From Candidatus Versatilivorator sp. (lineage in GTDB: Bacteria > Acidobacteriota > Terriglobia > Versatilivoradales > Versatilivoraceae): DNA of 64,000 bases. Position numbers and translations under genes: made by a program. The notes under the pieces were generated by a model that made no database searches, had not been told where the DNA came from, and saw only the letters and a program-made list of their open reading frames with translations. Numbering within the stretch: the stretch's first letter is position 1; each line of letters opens with the position of its first letter. The DNA is taken from assembly GCA_965207735.1 (NCBI GenBank), contig OZ242296.1, positions 544,001 to 608,000 on the forward strand. Direction: 5' to 3'. Positions 42,209 through 51,374 of this stretch are shown here, in pieces.

Positions 42209-42928
42209 ATGAGAGTAAATCCGCCGATGGAAGACGCGCTCGATAAACTGGAAGATCAAATCGAATACGCGTTCAAGGACCGGTCCCTTCTCCTCAGAGC
42301 CTTGACCCACAGTTCCTATGCCAATGAATGCCGGGTCGAGAAGGAAGACTATGAGCAGTTGGAGTTCCTGGGGGATTCCATCATTGGCTTTGTGGTTAGC
42401 GAGTATCTCCTGGTGAATCATCCCGACTTGACCGAGGGTCAACTTTCCAAGCTCAGAGCCCAACTGGTCAGTTCCGGCAGTTTGTTTCGCTCGGCCTTCG
42501 GTCTGGAACTGGGCCGATTCCTCAGATTGGGTAAGGGAGAAGAGAAAAGCGGCGGCCGCAGAAAGCAGGCCGTGCTGGTGGATGTGACCGAGGCATTGGT
42601 GGCGGCCGTGTATCTGGATGGAGGGATGGATGCCGCCCGCAGGTTTGTGCTGAAACAGTTGGCGGAGGATTTTGGGGATATCCTGTCGGGGCGATTTGTC
42701 TTCAGCGATTACAAGTCCAGGTTGCAGGAGAAGCTGCACTCGCTCCGTGAGGCGCGGCCCGAGTACTCGGTCATCGACGAGTCCGGGCCCGACCATCAAA
42801 GACAGTTTTCCGTAAGTTTGACCATCGGGGGCAAGGCGGCGGCTCGAGGTCAAGGTGAGACCAAGAAGAGCGCGGAGCAGGATGCGGCTCGGCAAGCCTT
42901 GAAACAATTAGGTCCTATAAAGTGCTGA
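42209..42928 (+). CDS. rnc: Ribonuclease III
   Basis: ALTHSSY, EQLEFLGD, EALVAAVYLDGG, dsRBD DYKSRLQE...GPDH...KKSAEQ. Confidence 0.97.
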   Translation: MRVNPPMEDALDKLEDQIEYAFKDRSLLLRALTHSSYANECRVEKEDYEQLEFLGDSIIGFVVSEYLLVNHPDLTEGQLSKLRAQLVSSGSLFRSAFGLELGRFLRLGKGEEKSGGRRKQAVLVDVTEALVAAVYLDGGMDAARRFVLKQLAEDFGDILSGRFVFSDYKSRLQEKLHSLREARPEYSVIDESGPDHQRQFSVSLTIGGKAAARGQGETKKSAEQDAARQALKQLGPIKC

Positions 42929-43003
42929 ATAATAATGGCCTTTCAAAGTGTATCCAGCGACCCGGTGAGAAATTCGGGCTAAGTTAGGGAGCGTTCCTTT
43001 ATC

Positions 43004-43801
43004 GTGGAAACCGTGAATTCAAATAACACCGATCACCCTTCCAGGCAATCGACCCTGCGCGAATATTTCGAAAGTTTCGTCGTCACCATCGTTCTGGCGC
43101 TATTCGGAACGACCTTCGTGGTGCAGGCATTCAAGATTCCGACACCCTCCATGGAGGACAATCTCCTGGTCGGAGACCATCTTCTGGTTAACAAGTTCGT
43201 CTATGGTAATCCGGGGGGATGGCTGCAGCGGCTGCTGCCGTTCCAGCAGGTGAAGCACGGCGACGTTATTGTATTTCGCTACCCGGAAGACCCCGCCAAG
43301 CATTACGTCAAGCGGGCCATCGGGCTGCCGGGAGATCGCATCCGCCTGAAGAACCAGAGGTTGTACCGGAACGGCAACCACGTGGTAGAGCACTACGTGT
43401 TCCATAAGCGTCCGGAACGCAACGACGTGGAAATCAGAGACACCTTTCCCCTCAGCGAGGCCCAGATCAATCGCTTCGCCGACTACAACCAGGCCCGTGA
43501 TATTCACTTGGCCTACCGGTACTTCAAGGAGTTTACCGAGGGTCAGGACGTCGTGGTTCCTCCGGGTCGATACTTCGCCATGGGAGACAACCGGGACAAT
43601 AGCGCCGACAGCCGATATTGGGGATTCGTGCCTCGAAAAAACATCGTCGGCAGAGCATTCATCATTTATTGGTCGTTCGAAACACACCCCAGGGAACATT
43701 TGCACAATTCGCTGTCGGAACGAACAGATCGGTTCGCGGATGTCTTGTGGAACTTTTTTCGCAAGACCCGTTGGAATCGGACCTTCAAGCTGGTGGGATG
43801 A
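43004..43801 (+). CDS. lepB: Signal peptidase I
   Basis: IPTPSM (catalytic Ser), YVKRAIGLPGD (catalytic Lys), MGDNRDNSADSRYWG. Confidence 0.97.
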   Translation: METVNSNNTDHPSRQSTLREYFESFVVTIVLALFGTTFVVQAFKIPTPSMEDNLLVGDHLLVNKFVYGNPGGWLQRLLPFQQVKHGDVIVFRYPEDPAKHYVKRAIGLPGDRIRLKNQRLYRNGNHVVEHYVFHKRPERNDVEIRDTFPLSEAQINRFADYNQARDIHLAYRYFKEFTEGQDVVVPPGRYFAMGDNRDNSADSRYWGFVPRKNIVGRAFIIYWSFETHPREHLHNSLSERTDRFADVLWNFFRKTRWNRTFKLVG

Positions 43802-44445
43802 TACAGGGGAGCAGCGCGAGCCAGATGGGGAGAAGAACGGTTCTTTCCTTGTTGGGTCTGCTTCTGTTGGGGGCGGGTGCCTGGTGGTTTCTTCGCGCTC
43901 CGTCGGAGGCATCCGGACCCGCCTCAGCGGTGAATCGGACCGCCGCTCAGGCATTTGCCAAAAAGCTGGCGGCCATTGCCCTGCCGCCGGCGGGTTCCAG
44001 CGGAGGACAGGCCGAGTTCACCGAATCCGAGGTCGACGCCTTCCTTCAGCACGAGATTTCGCGGCACTATCCCCAAGGGGTGCGCCAGATCCAATTCCGC
44101 TTTCAGCAGAACCGGCTTTCCGCCCGGGCACTGGTAGACTTCGATGAAATGCAGGCCGACTCTGCCAATGCCGGCAAGTCCCTGGTGTGGGCTCTGCTGC
44201 AGGGCGAGCATTGGGTGCAGGTTTCCGGCAAGTTTACGGCTGAGAACGGGCTGGGGCGCTACGATATCCTTGGGATCCGGATCGATGAGCAGGAAATCCC
44301 CAGGGTCCTGATCGATTTGCTGCTGGATCACTATGTGCTTCCCAAGTACCCCGGGGCGGCGCCGAACACCGATTTTCATCTCCCCTTCAAAATCCGGAGC
44401 ATTGAGTTGACGCCGGGCAAGGTCTTCGTCCGCTATGGGACCTGA
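43798..44445 (+). CDS. Hypothetical membrane-anchored protein (start 43798 or 43825)
   Basis: N-terminal hydrophobic helix; ATGA overlap with the lepB stop. Confidence 0.65.
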   Translation: MIQGSSASQMGRRTVLSLLGLLLLGAGAWWFLRAPSEASGPASAVNRTAAQAFAKKLAAIALPPAGSSGGQAEFTESEVDAFLQHEISRHYPQGVRQIQFRFQQNRLSARALVDFDEMQADSANAGKSLVWALLQGEHWVQVSGKFTAENGLGRYDILGIRIDEQEIPRVLIDLLLDHYVLPKYPGAAPNTDFHLPFKIRSIELTPGKVFVRYGT

Positions 44446-44531
44446 TGGCCTCCCGGTCGCTCCCTCGGCGACGGCTGCCCGCTCAATTCGTGGGGGTGGG
44501 TGTCCTGTCTCAGAAATACGATATGGCAACC

Positions 44532-45587
44532 TCATTTCTGAGGCAGAACGCTTGCGCTCCAACCTCTCGGCAGAAACAGGCGGTTGTAGAGGTTCAAGGC
44601 AAAGCGGTCGGTCATCCCGGCGACAAAATCGACCGCGGCAAGCTCCGCGCCGACCTCAGGACGCCGAAAACCTTCCGGAATACATTGGGGATGGGCCAAC
44701 AGATGGTGGTAGATGTCGCTCAAGAGCTTCTTGGCCTTGAGCAGCTCTTCCTTGGGAATGCTGCGCGCGTAGACCGTCCGATAGAGAAAGTGCCGCAGTT
44801 CCATCATCGCCTGCAGAGTCGTGGGGCTCATGGAGACGATTTGAAGGTTGGTTCCCAGGCTGGATCGAATCACGTCACGGACCAGGGTGTCGATTCGGAG
44901 CGAGTGGCTCTTACCCAAGGCATTCGTCAGTTCCCTGGGTATGTCGGACTCTCGAATCAGACCCGACCGTAGGGCGTCGTCCAGGTCGTGGTTCACGTAG
45001 GCGATCACGTCGGACACTCTGACGACCTGACCCTCCAGGGTTGCCGGGCGGCCCTTGTCCTGGGTGGTAAATACCGCTCCCGCCCCCTTGGAATGCTTGA
45101 GGATTCCGTCCCTCACTTCCCAGCACAGGTTCAACCCTCGTCCTTCCTGCTCCAGCGTGTCCACAACCCTCAGGCTCTGGCGGTAGTGGCGAAAACCGCC
45201 GGGAGCAAGCTCATTCAAAATGGCTTCGCCCGCGTGCCCAAAGGGGGTGTGGCCCAGATCATGACCCAGCGCAATTGCCTCGGTGAGGTCCTCGTTCAGT
45301 CGCAGCGCTCGACTGATGGTTCTGGCGATTTGGGCGACTTCGAGAGTATGGGTCAGGCGAGTCCGATAGTGGTCGCCCTCCGGTGAAAGAAACACCTGGG
45401 TCTTGTGCTTCAAGCGGCGAAATGCCTTGGAATGAAGGATTCGGTCGCGGTCGCGTTGGAAGGCGGTGCGGATGGCGCAGGCGGACTCGTTCCTCTGGCG
45501 GCCTCGAGTCCGCCTGCTGAGGGTTGCTTGAGGGGCCAGGGTTTGGGCCTCTTGCTCCTCCGCCCGTTGACGAAGGGTCTCAACCAT
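44532..45587 (-). CDS. dgt: dGTP triphosphohydrolase-like HD protein
   Basis: [43 protein letters not shown]. Confidence 0.94.
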   Translation of the reverse strand: MVETLRQRAEEQEAQTLAPQATLSRRTRGRQRNESACAIRTAFQRDRDRILHSKAFRRLKHKTQVFLSPEGDHYRTRLTHTLEVAQIARTISRALRLNEDLTEAIALGHDLGHTPFGHAGEAILNELAPGGFRHYRQSLRVVDTLEQEGRGLNLCWEVRDGILKHSKGAGAVFTTQDKGRPATLEGQVVRVSDVIAYVNHDLDDALRSGLIRESDIPRELTNALGKSHSLRIDTLVRDVIRSSLGTNLQIVSMSPTTLQAMMELRHFLYRTVYARSIPKEELLKAKKLLSDIYHHLLAHPQCIPEGFRRPEVGAELAAVDFVAGMTDRFALNLYNRLFLPRGWSASVLPQK

Positions 45588-46303
45588 CAGGGAACAATTT
45601 TCCTTAACCGCTGTTCGGCTTCGGTAGAGGCAGGCGAAGTGGGGAAGTCGTTGATCACCTTTTCGTACATCTTGGCGGCCTGCTCCTGCTGGTTCTGTTG
45701 CTCGTAAAGCAGGGCCACCTTCATTGCCAGGCTTTCACCTGGAGTCGTCAAGGCATTGCGCTCAACCAACTGCTGATAGACCTCGGTTGCCTTGGCCAGG
45801 TCCGCGGTGTCCTCGTAAATCCGTCCCAGGGCTGCCAGCGCCAGTGCGCCGAAGTCAGTCTGCTCCTGACTCAGGGGCTCCAGCAGCGACACGGCTTCCG
45901 AGCTCCTGTCGAGCTGATGGAGACAAAGACCGGAGTAGTAGGTGGCAATCTTGCCCGCCGCCCTGGAATCGTGCCGGGAGACGACCTCCTGCAGCTCTGT
46001 CAGCGCCTTTTCGTGTTTCTGTTCGGGCGTCTCAAAGAAGACCGGAGCCGTCGAGCCGGACGATTCGGTCTTGCCGACGGTTGCGTGGTAGGTCGCCAGG
46101 GCCCGGGCCAACTCCTGCTTGGAATGCTCCTCCTGCTTGGCCGAGTAGTAGTAGTAGCCTCCCACCAGAATGGCCACCACTCCGACGGCTGACAGACCAC
46201 GCAGGATTTCGGAACGGTTGTTGGCGAAGAAGTGGCGAGTATCATCCACCAACATCATGAAACGGTCTTCCTTCAGAATTTCATGCCGGGTGAGTCGGGC
46301 CAA
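45587..46303 (-). CDS. YfgM-like membrane-anchored TPR protein (TTG start)
   Basis: [12 protein letters not shown], one TM helix, TPR helices; GGGAG Shine-Dalgarno before the TTG. Confidence 0.75.
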   Translation of the reverse strand: MARLTRHEILKEDRFMMLVDDTRHFFANNRSEILRGLSAVGVVAILVGGYYYYSAKQEEHSKQELARALATYHATVGKTESSGSTAPVFFETPEQKHEKALTELQEVVSRHDSRAAGKIATYYSGLCLHQLDRSSEAVSLLEPLSQEQTDFGALALAALGRIYEDTADLAKATEVYQQLVERNALTTPGESLAMKVALLYEQQNQQEQAAKMYEKVINDFPTSPASTEAEQRLRKIVP

Positions 46304-46460
46304 GAGATTCTCCCTGAGTTCCTGAGGTCTGACGGCGGCGGGCTTGTCGCCCGAGGTGCTGGCGTACTGCCACGCCCACCCAATGCTAGCAATGTCCACC
46401 AGCGCTGTCAATTTCGCCGGTTTCGCCGGGAGAGGGCCGCAACGTCACCGATGACCAAGC

Positions 46461-46490
46461 AAGAGAAATCCACGAAGGGCCACGAAGGGA
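46461..46490 (+). repeat. CACGAAG periodic repeat, short copy 3
   Basis: AAGAGAAATCCACGAAGGGCCACGAAGGGA. Confidence 0.7.
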
Positions 46491-46576
46491 TGGGTTTACA
46501 ACATGGACAAAACATCATTAAATGGGGAGCGAATCCGTCAGGGAGAGCGACGAGATCCCGAAGGGAGGCTGGGACT

Positions 46577-47074
46577 ATGGGAATAGAGGATTTGACGGCA
46601 TTGTATGCCTATAACGGTTGGGCCAACCGGAGGGTCAGGAATTCTATTGAGGACCTGGATCCGGAAATCTTCAAGCGCGATCTGGGAGCCAGTTTCGGCT
46701 CACTGCAGGGGACCGCGGCTCATCTGGTTTCAGCGCAGTGGAATTGGCTGGGACGTTGGAAGGGCAAACCGGCCAGCCAGCCCCTGCCTGCAGATGCCTT
46801 TGCAAGTCCCCAGCAAGCCAACCGGCGCTGGGTAGAAGTCGATCGGGCTCTGGCCGACTTCGTCGAAGGACTGGACGCCGGCAGTCTGCAGCGATCCATC
46901 GCCTTGACAACTCCTCAGGGGCGCAGTTACTCGAGCCTGCTCTGGCAGGCGATGCTGCATGTCGTGAACCACTCCAGCTACCACCGCGGGCAGATTGCGG
47001 CCATGCTGCGGCAGGTCGGCGCCATCCCGCAGGGGACGGATCTGATGCTCTTTTACCGCGAGCTGTCGGGGTGA
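46577..47074 (+). CDS. DinB/YfiT family protein
   Basis: YNGWANRR, SFGSL...H, HVVNHSSYHRGQI. Confidence 0.92.
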   Translation: MGIEDLTALYAYNGWANRRVRNSIEDLDPEIFKRDLGASFGSLQGTAAHLVSAQWNWLGRWKGKPASQPLPADAFASPQQANRRWVEVDRALADFVEGLDAGSLQRSIALTTPQGRSYSSLLWQAMLHVVNHSSYHRGQIAAMLRQVGAIPQGTDLMLFYRELSG

Positions 47075-47154
47075 CTCCTGCGAGCCTGAAAGGCCATTGA
47101 GAGAGAAACCGGTCGTTCGGGCCAATCTCAGCAGGGAGGAGCGAATCCAACACC

Positions 47155-48150
47155 ATGTTCAACGCCAGAATCCTGGGTACCGGAAGCTACCTGCCGGAAA
47201 GGATCGTCACCAATGCCGATCTGGAAGAGGTAATGGACACCTCTGACGAATGGATCCGGCAGAGGACGGGAATCCGCGAGCGGCGTTTCGTGGAGCCGGG
47301 GGTCGGACCCACCGATCTGGGCTTGCAGGCCGCCCACCGGGCACTGCATTCGGCCGGGTTGACCCCCGATCAAATCGACTTCATCATCTTTGCCACCTTG
47401 AGTCCCGAGTACAATTTTCCGGGTTGTGGCTGCCTTCTTCAGGAAAAGCTCGGCGTTGGTACGGTGGGCGCCCTGGATGTCCGCAATCAGTGCACGGGTT
47501 TCGTCTACGGTCTGTCCATTGCCGATCAGTTCGTCAGAACCGGCACCTATCGCCACATCCTGGTAGTTGGCGCTGAGGTCCATTCTTCCGGACTGGAGAT
47601 GAATACCCACGGCCGGGATGTCGCCGTCATCTTTGGAGACGGGGCCGGGGCTGTGGTGGTGGGCCGTTCGGATAACAGAAGCCGACGAATTCTCTCCAGC
47701 CCCTTGCACGCCCAAGGGAAATATGCGCGGAAACTATGGTTGGAAGTTCCGAGCTCGCTGAGCCACCCCCGATTGACGGAGGAGATGCTGAGAGAGGGAC
47801 GGCACTATCCGCACATGGACGGCCGCTACGTCTTCAAACACGCGGTGGAGCGTCTGCAGGAAAGCGTGCGGGAAGCCCTGGCCGACAACCAACTGAAAAT
47901 TGAGGATGTCTCGCTGCTGATCCTGCATCAGGCCAATTTGCGCATATCGGAGGCGGTGGTGCGTTCCTTGAAAATACCGCCGGAACGAGTTTTCAGCAAT
48001 ATTCAACGGTACGGCAATACCACGGCGGCGTCCATTCCGATCGCTTTGGACGAGGCTGTTCGGGCGGGAATAGTCCAGCCGGGGGGCTTGGTTGTGCTGG
48101 CCGCCTTCGGTTCCGGGTTTACCTGGGGCGCCACCATCCTGCGCTGGTAG
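47155..48150 (+). CDS. fabH: Beta-ketoacyl-ACP synthase III
   Basis: DTSDEWIRQRTGIRERR, QCTGF, FGDGAGA, HQAN, GNTTAASIP. Confidence 0.95.
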   Translation: MFNARILGTGSYLPERIVTNADLEEVMDTSDEWIRQRTGIRERRFVEPGVGPTDLGLQAAHRALHSAGLTPDQIDFIIFATLSPEYNFPGCGCLLQEKLGVGTVGALDVRNQCTGFVYGLSIADQFVRTGTYRHILVVGAEVHSSGLEMNTHGRDVAVIFGDGAGAVVVGRSDNRSRRILSSPLHAQGKYARKLWLEVPSSLSHPRLTEEMLREGRHYPHMDGRYVFKHAVERLQESVREALADNQLKIEDVSLLILHQANLRISEAVVRSLKIPPERVFSNIQRYGNTTAASIPIALDEAVRAGIVQPGGLVVLAAFGSGFTWGATILRW

Positions 48151-48173
48151 GAAGTCGGGAAGTCGGGGACGTA

Positions 48174-49172
48174 ATGACCCATCGCTTCGTCAAGGGCGGG
48201 CTGGCCTGCCTGGGAGCATCCGTCGCCTTGGCGCTGTCCGGGCCGTCGCCTTCCCCGGGGGTCCGTTTTGCCTCGGTGAAAGAAGGACAAGAGATCCTCC
48301 GGACCCGGGATGGATTTGTCCGGCGTTTGAGTCCCTTCGATCGGGCCGCTCGCCTGAAGACGGACCGGGAAGTGTCCGAGGCCGAGTTTCTGAAATTTAT
48401 CGCCGGCGAGGTCGTTGCCTGGGGCAGCGCGGAGAGAGAAAAGGTGGAGCAGGCCTTCGAGCGGGTCCGGCATGAGTTGGGCGGGTTCCCCTTGAATTGG
48501 CCGGAGAGTGTCCATTTCGTTCATACGACGGGAGAAGAGGAGGGAGGCGCGGCCTACACCCGGGGGAAGTCCATCATTCTGCCCCGAACCAGACTCGACC
48601 AGTCCCCGGAGAAGCTGGCCCGGCTGATTGCCCATGAGCTGTTTCACATCCTGTCCCGTCACGACCGGAACCTGCGGGATCGACTGTACCGGGTGATCGG
48701 ATTCCAACCTTGCGATGAGGTCGAGTTGCCGGGCTTCCTCACCCGAAGAAGGATCACCAACCCCGATGCGCCCGTCAATGCCCACCGCATTCGCGTGCAA
48801 CGGGACGGCAGGCAGTTCTGGGCAACCCCGGTCCTTTACTCCAAGAGCGATCGCTACGATCCCCTGCAGGGGGGCAGCTTCTTCAAGTACCTGCAATTTC
48901 GGCTGTTGCTGGAGAGCGTGGAAGCCGGGCCCGCCGTTCCGGCGACGCCGGCCGATTCAGTTCCCAGGCTGGTCGAAGTCAAGGAGGTGTCGGGATTCTT
49001 CGAGCAGGTCGGCAGGAACAGTTCCTATATCATCCACCCCGAAGAAATTCTGGCGGTCAACTTTGCCTTGATTGTGACGGGAGAGACCGAGTTTCCATCC
49101 CCCGGGGTGGCTGAAGGGATCCGATCCGTCTTGAGAGGCGGAGTCGAACGGACGGTCCCGGACGAACAGTAG
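48174..49172 (+). CDS. Exported hypothetical protein with HExxH zincin motif
   Basis: Signal peptide; IAHELFH; distal HPEEILA. Confidence 0.7.
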   Translation: MTHRFVKGGLACLGASVALALSGPSPSPGVRFASVKEGQEILRTRDGFVRRLSPFDRAARLKTDREVSEAEFLKFIAGEVVAWGSAEREKVEQAFERVRHELGGFPLNWPESVHFVHTTGEEEGGAAYTRGKSIILPRTRLDQSPEKLARLIAHELFHILSRHDRNLRDRLYRVIGFQPCDEVELPGFLTRRRITNPDAPVNAHRIRVQRDGRQFWATPVLYSKSDRYDPLQGGSFFKYLQFRLLLESVEAGPAVPATPADSVPRLVEVKEVSGFFEQVGRNSSYIIHPEEILAVNFALIVTGETEFPSPGVAEGIRSVLRGGVERTVPDEQ

Positions 49173-49225
49173 CAGCCAGTGTCTCCCGCGGCTCATCGGG
49201 TTGCGACCGGCGTGTTGGGGCCGCG

Positions 49226-49254
49226 TTTACAAATCGGCGGCGGCATGCTACTCT
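49226..49254 (+). promoter_or_regulatory. Putative sigma70 promoter of tRNA-Leu
   Basis: TTTACA-17 nt-TACTCT with TGn extended -10. Confidence 0.45.
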
Positions 49255-49343
49255 CCACGCCGTCCCGTGGATTCGATTCCCCGAGACCGTTCAGATAGGG
49301 GGCATTTTCTGAAGCCGTTCTTCACCCACCCTCACCCCACTCT

Positions 49344-49432
49344 GCCGGAGTGGCGGAATTGGCAGACGCACTAGACTCAAAATCTAGCGTGGGTTACCCC
49401 ACGTGGGGGTTCAAGTCCCCCCTCCGGCACCA
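49344..49432 (+). tRNA. tRNA-Leu(CAA) with encoded CCA
   Basis: Acceptor stem GCCGGAG/CTCCGGC, D-loop GGCGGAATTGGCAGACGC, anticodon arm CTAGA-CT-CAA-AA-TCTAG, long variable arm, GTTCAAGTC. Confidence 0.97.
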
Positions 49433-49526
49433 AGTTTTCCGCAGGATCGGTTAACAGCCTGAAATAGACCTGTAGGGTGCAATCCCTTTCCGTGTGACGT
49501 TGGTGTCGCGGCGTCATGGGAGAATG

Positions 49527-49740
49527 CCCACCCGGGAGCGCGGGCGTCCCGCCCGCACAACACCGGCAAGGCCTCGCCCATCTCCTCGACCCGGGTCGAC
49601 CGGCAGGGGTGCCATGGCTCTGCTTCGGCCGGGCCCATGCGATTCCCGCCGGCAGGAGGGGCGGGCTACCGCATCGCAGGGAAACTGAGCGATAACTCAA
49701 GGGAGAGGATGCGGGCGGGACGCCCGCGCTCCCGGGTGGG
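49527..49740. repeat. REP doublet (REPIN/MITE-like) with perfect 31-bp inverted repeats
   Basis: CCCACCCGGGAGCGCGGGCGTCCCGCCCGCA (49527-49557) and its exact reverse complement (49710-49740); each arm has an internal GCGGGCG/CGCCCGC hairpin after GGAG. Confidence 0.88.
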
Positions 49741-49832
49741 TCGTCCCGATGGTGCGATGGAGCGTATCCGGGGGGCGACTTCTCTGAGAGCCGACGGGTG
49801 CCCCTTGGGAAACTCCCCTTTGCCCGCGAGGC

Positions 49833-49931
49833 CGGCCCCCGCCCTGCCGGGCGGTCAACCTCAGCGCCTTGGTGGCCCTTCGTCGTTCTTGGTGGCCCTT
49901 CGTGGATAACTCTTTTTTCTCTTGTTTCAGG
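49833..49931 (-). repeat. CACGAAG periodic repeat, copy 4 (long version)
   Basis: ...GCGGTCAACCTCAGCGCCTTGGTGGCCCTTCGTCGTTCTTGGTGGCCCTTCGTGGATAACTC...TTGTTTCAGG; homologous to the 23.2-23.4 kb copy. Confidence 0.85.
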
Positions 49932-51372
49932 TGAGCACTTCCCGGAGCACCCGGCCGTGGACGTCTGTCAGGCGGAAGTCTCGGCCGCTGTAGCGGTAGG
50001 TCAGTCTTTCGTGGTCCAAGCCCAGCAGGTGCAGGATGGTGGCGTGCAGGTCATGGACGTGGACCTTGTTCTCCACGGCCTTGAAACCGAAGTCGTCGGT
50101 GCTCCCGTAGGTCGTTCCGCCGCGGACACCGGCGCCGGCCAGCCAGACCGAAAAGCCCCAATGGTTGTGGTCGCGGCCGTTCTGGACCACGCTGGCTCCG
50201 CTGGTCTCCACCACCGGCGTGCGGCCGAACTCGCTACCGCAAATGACCAGCGTGTCTTCGAACAGGCCCCGGTCCTTCAGGTCCTGCAGCAGGGCCGCCA
50301 TGGCCGGATCGGCCTCACGAGCCAGCCGTTGATGGGCCATGATGTCGTAGTGGCTGTCCCAGGGCTGGCCGGTTCCGAAATAGACCTGGACCACCCGAAC
50401 TCCTCGTTCCACCAGGCGCAGGGCCATGAGGCAGCCCCGAGCGAAATCGCCCTGGCCGTAGCGCTCCAGGGTGCCCGGATTCTCCTTGGAGAGGTCGAAG
50501 ACCTCCGGGGCCTCCATCTGCATCCGATAGGCGATTTCCATGGAATGGATGCTCCCCTCCAACTGGGGGTCGGCGGGGCGCTGCCGCCGGTGAAATTGGT
50601 TGAGCCGGTCCAGCAGGTCCAGTTGGCGGCGCTGCTGGCCCCGGGTCAGATGGGAGTTGCGAATGTCATGGATGAGCTTGTCCGGGGTCGTCTGATCGTT
50701 GGGGATGCGGGTTCCCTGGTAGACCGCCGGCAGGAAGGCCGAGTTCCAGAGGGGGACGCCTCCGGTCGGAGGACCTCCGGAGGGGCAGAGCACCATGAAG
50801 CCCGGCAGATTCCGGTTTTCGGTGCCCAGTCCGTAGGTGAGCCAGGACCCCAGGGAGGGGCGTCCGGGTTGCTGGTGACCGCAGTTCATCAGGAACATCC
50901 CCGGAGGATGGTTGGGAACCTCGGTGTGCATGGACCGGATCACACAGATGTCGTCGATGTGGGCGGCCGTTTCGGAAAAGAGCTCGCTGACTTCAATCCC
51001 GCTCTGACCGTATCTCTTGAACTGGAAGGGCGACCGCATGAGGTTGCCGGTCTTGCGTTCGGTCTTGACGTAGGCGCCCGGCATGGGCTGGCCATGATGT
51101 CTGATTAGCCGCGGCTTGGGGTCGAAGGTGTCGACCTGCGAGAGGCCCCCATTCATGAAGAGAAAGATGACCCGCTTGGCCCTGGCGGGGAAGTGAGGCG
51201 GCTGCACTGCCAGCGGATCGGTGGGTGCGGTCGGCGAAGAAGCATGCAGCCGGGAACTCTGCAGCAGGCTGGCATAGCCGTAGAGGCCGAAGCCGCCGCC
51301 CAGCGTCCGGAGCAGATCACGGCGGGTCACGGCAAGTTCAGGAGTTTTAGGGATAGCCATTGGGTTTCCCAT
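49927..51372 (-). CDS. DUF1501 domain protein
   Basis: Tat-like TRRDLL; AKRVIFLFMNGGLSQVDTFDPKP, WDSH, SEFGRTP, GRDH, HDLHATILHLLG. Confidence 0.92.
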   Translation of the reverse strand: MGNPMAIPKTPELAVTRRDLLRTLGGGFGLYGYASLLQSSRLHASSPTAPTDPLAVQPPHFPARAKRVIFLFMNGGLSQVDTFDPKPRLIRHHGQPMPGAYVKTERKTGNLMRSPFQFKRYGQSGIEVSELFSETAAHIDDICVIRSMHTEVPNHPPGMFLMNCGHQQPGRPSLGSWLTYGLGTENRNLPGFMVLCPSGGPPTGGVPLWNSAFLPAVYQGTRIPNDQTTPDKLIHDIRNSHLTRGQQRRQLDLLDRLNQFHRRQRPADPQLEGSIHSMEIAYRMQMEAPEVFDLSKENPGTLERYGQGDFARGCLMALRLVERGVRVVQVYFGTGQPWDSHYDIMAHQRLAREADPAMAALLQDLKDRGLFEDTLVICGSEFGRTPVVETSGASVVQNGRDHNHWGFSVWLAGAGVRGGTTYGSTDDFGFKAVENKVHVHDLHATILHLLGLDHERLTYRYSGRDFRLTDVHGRVLREVLT

Positions 51373-51374
51373 AT

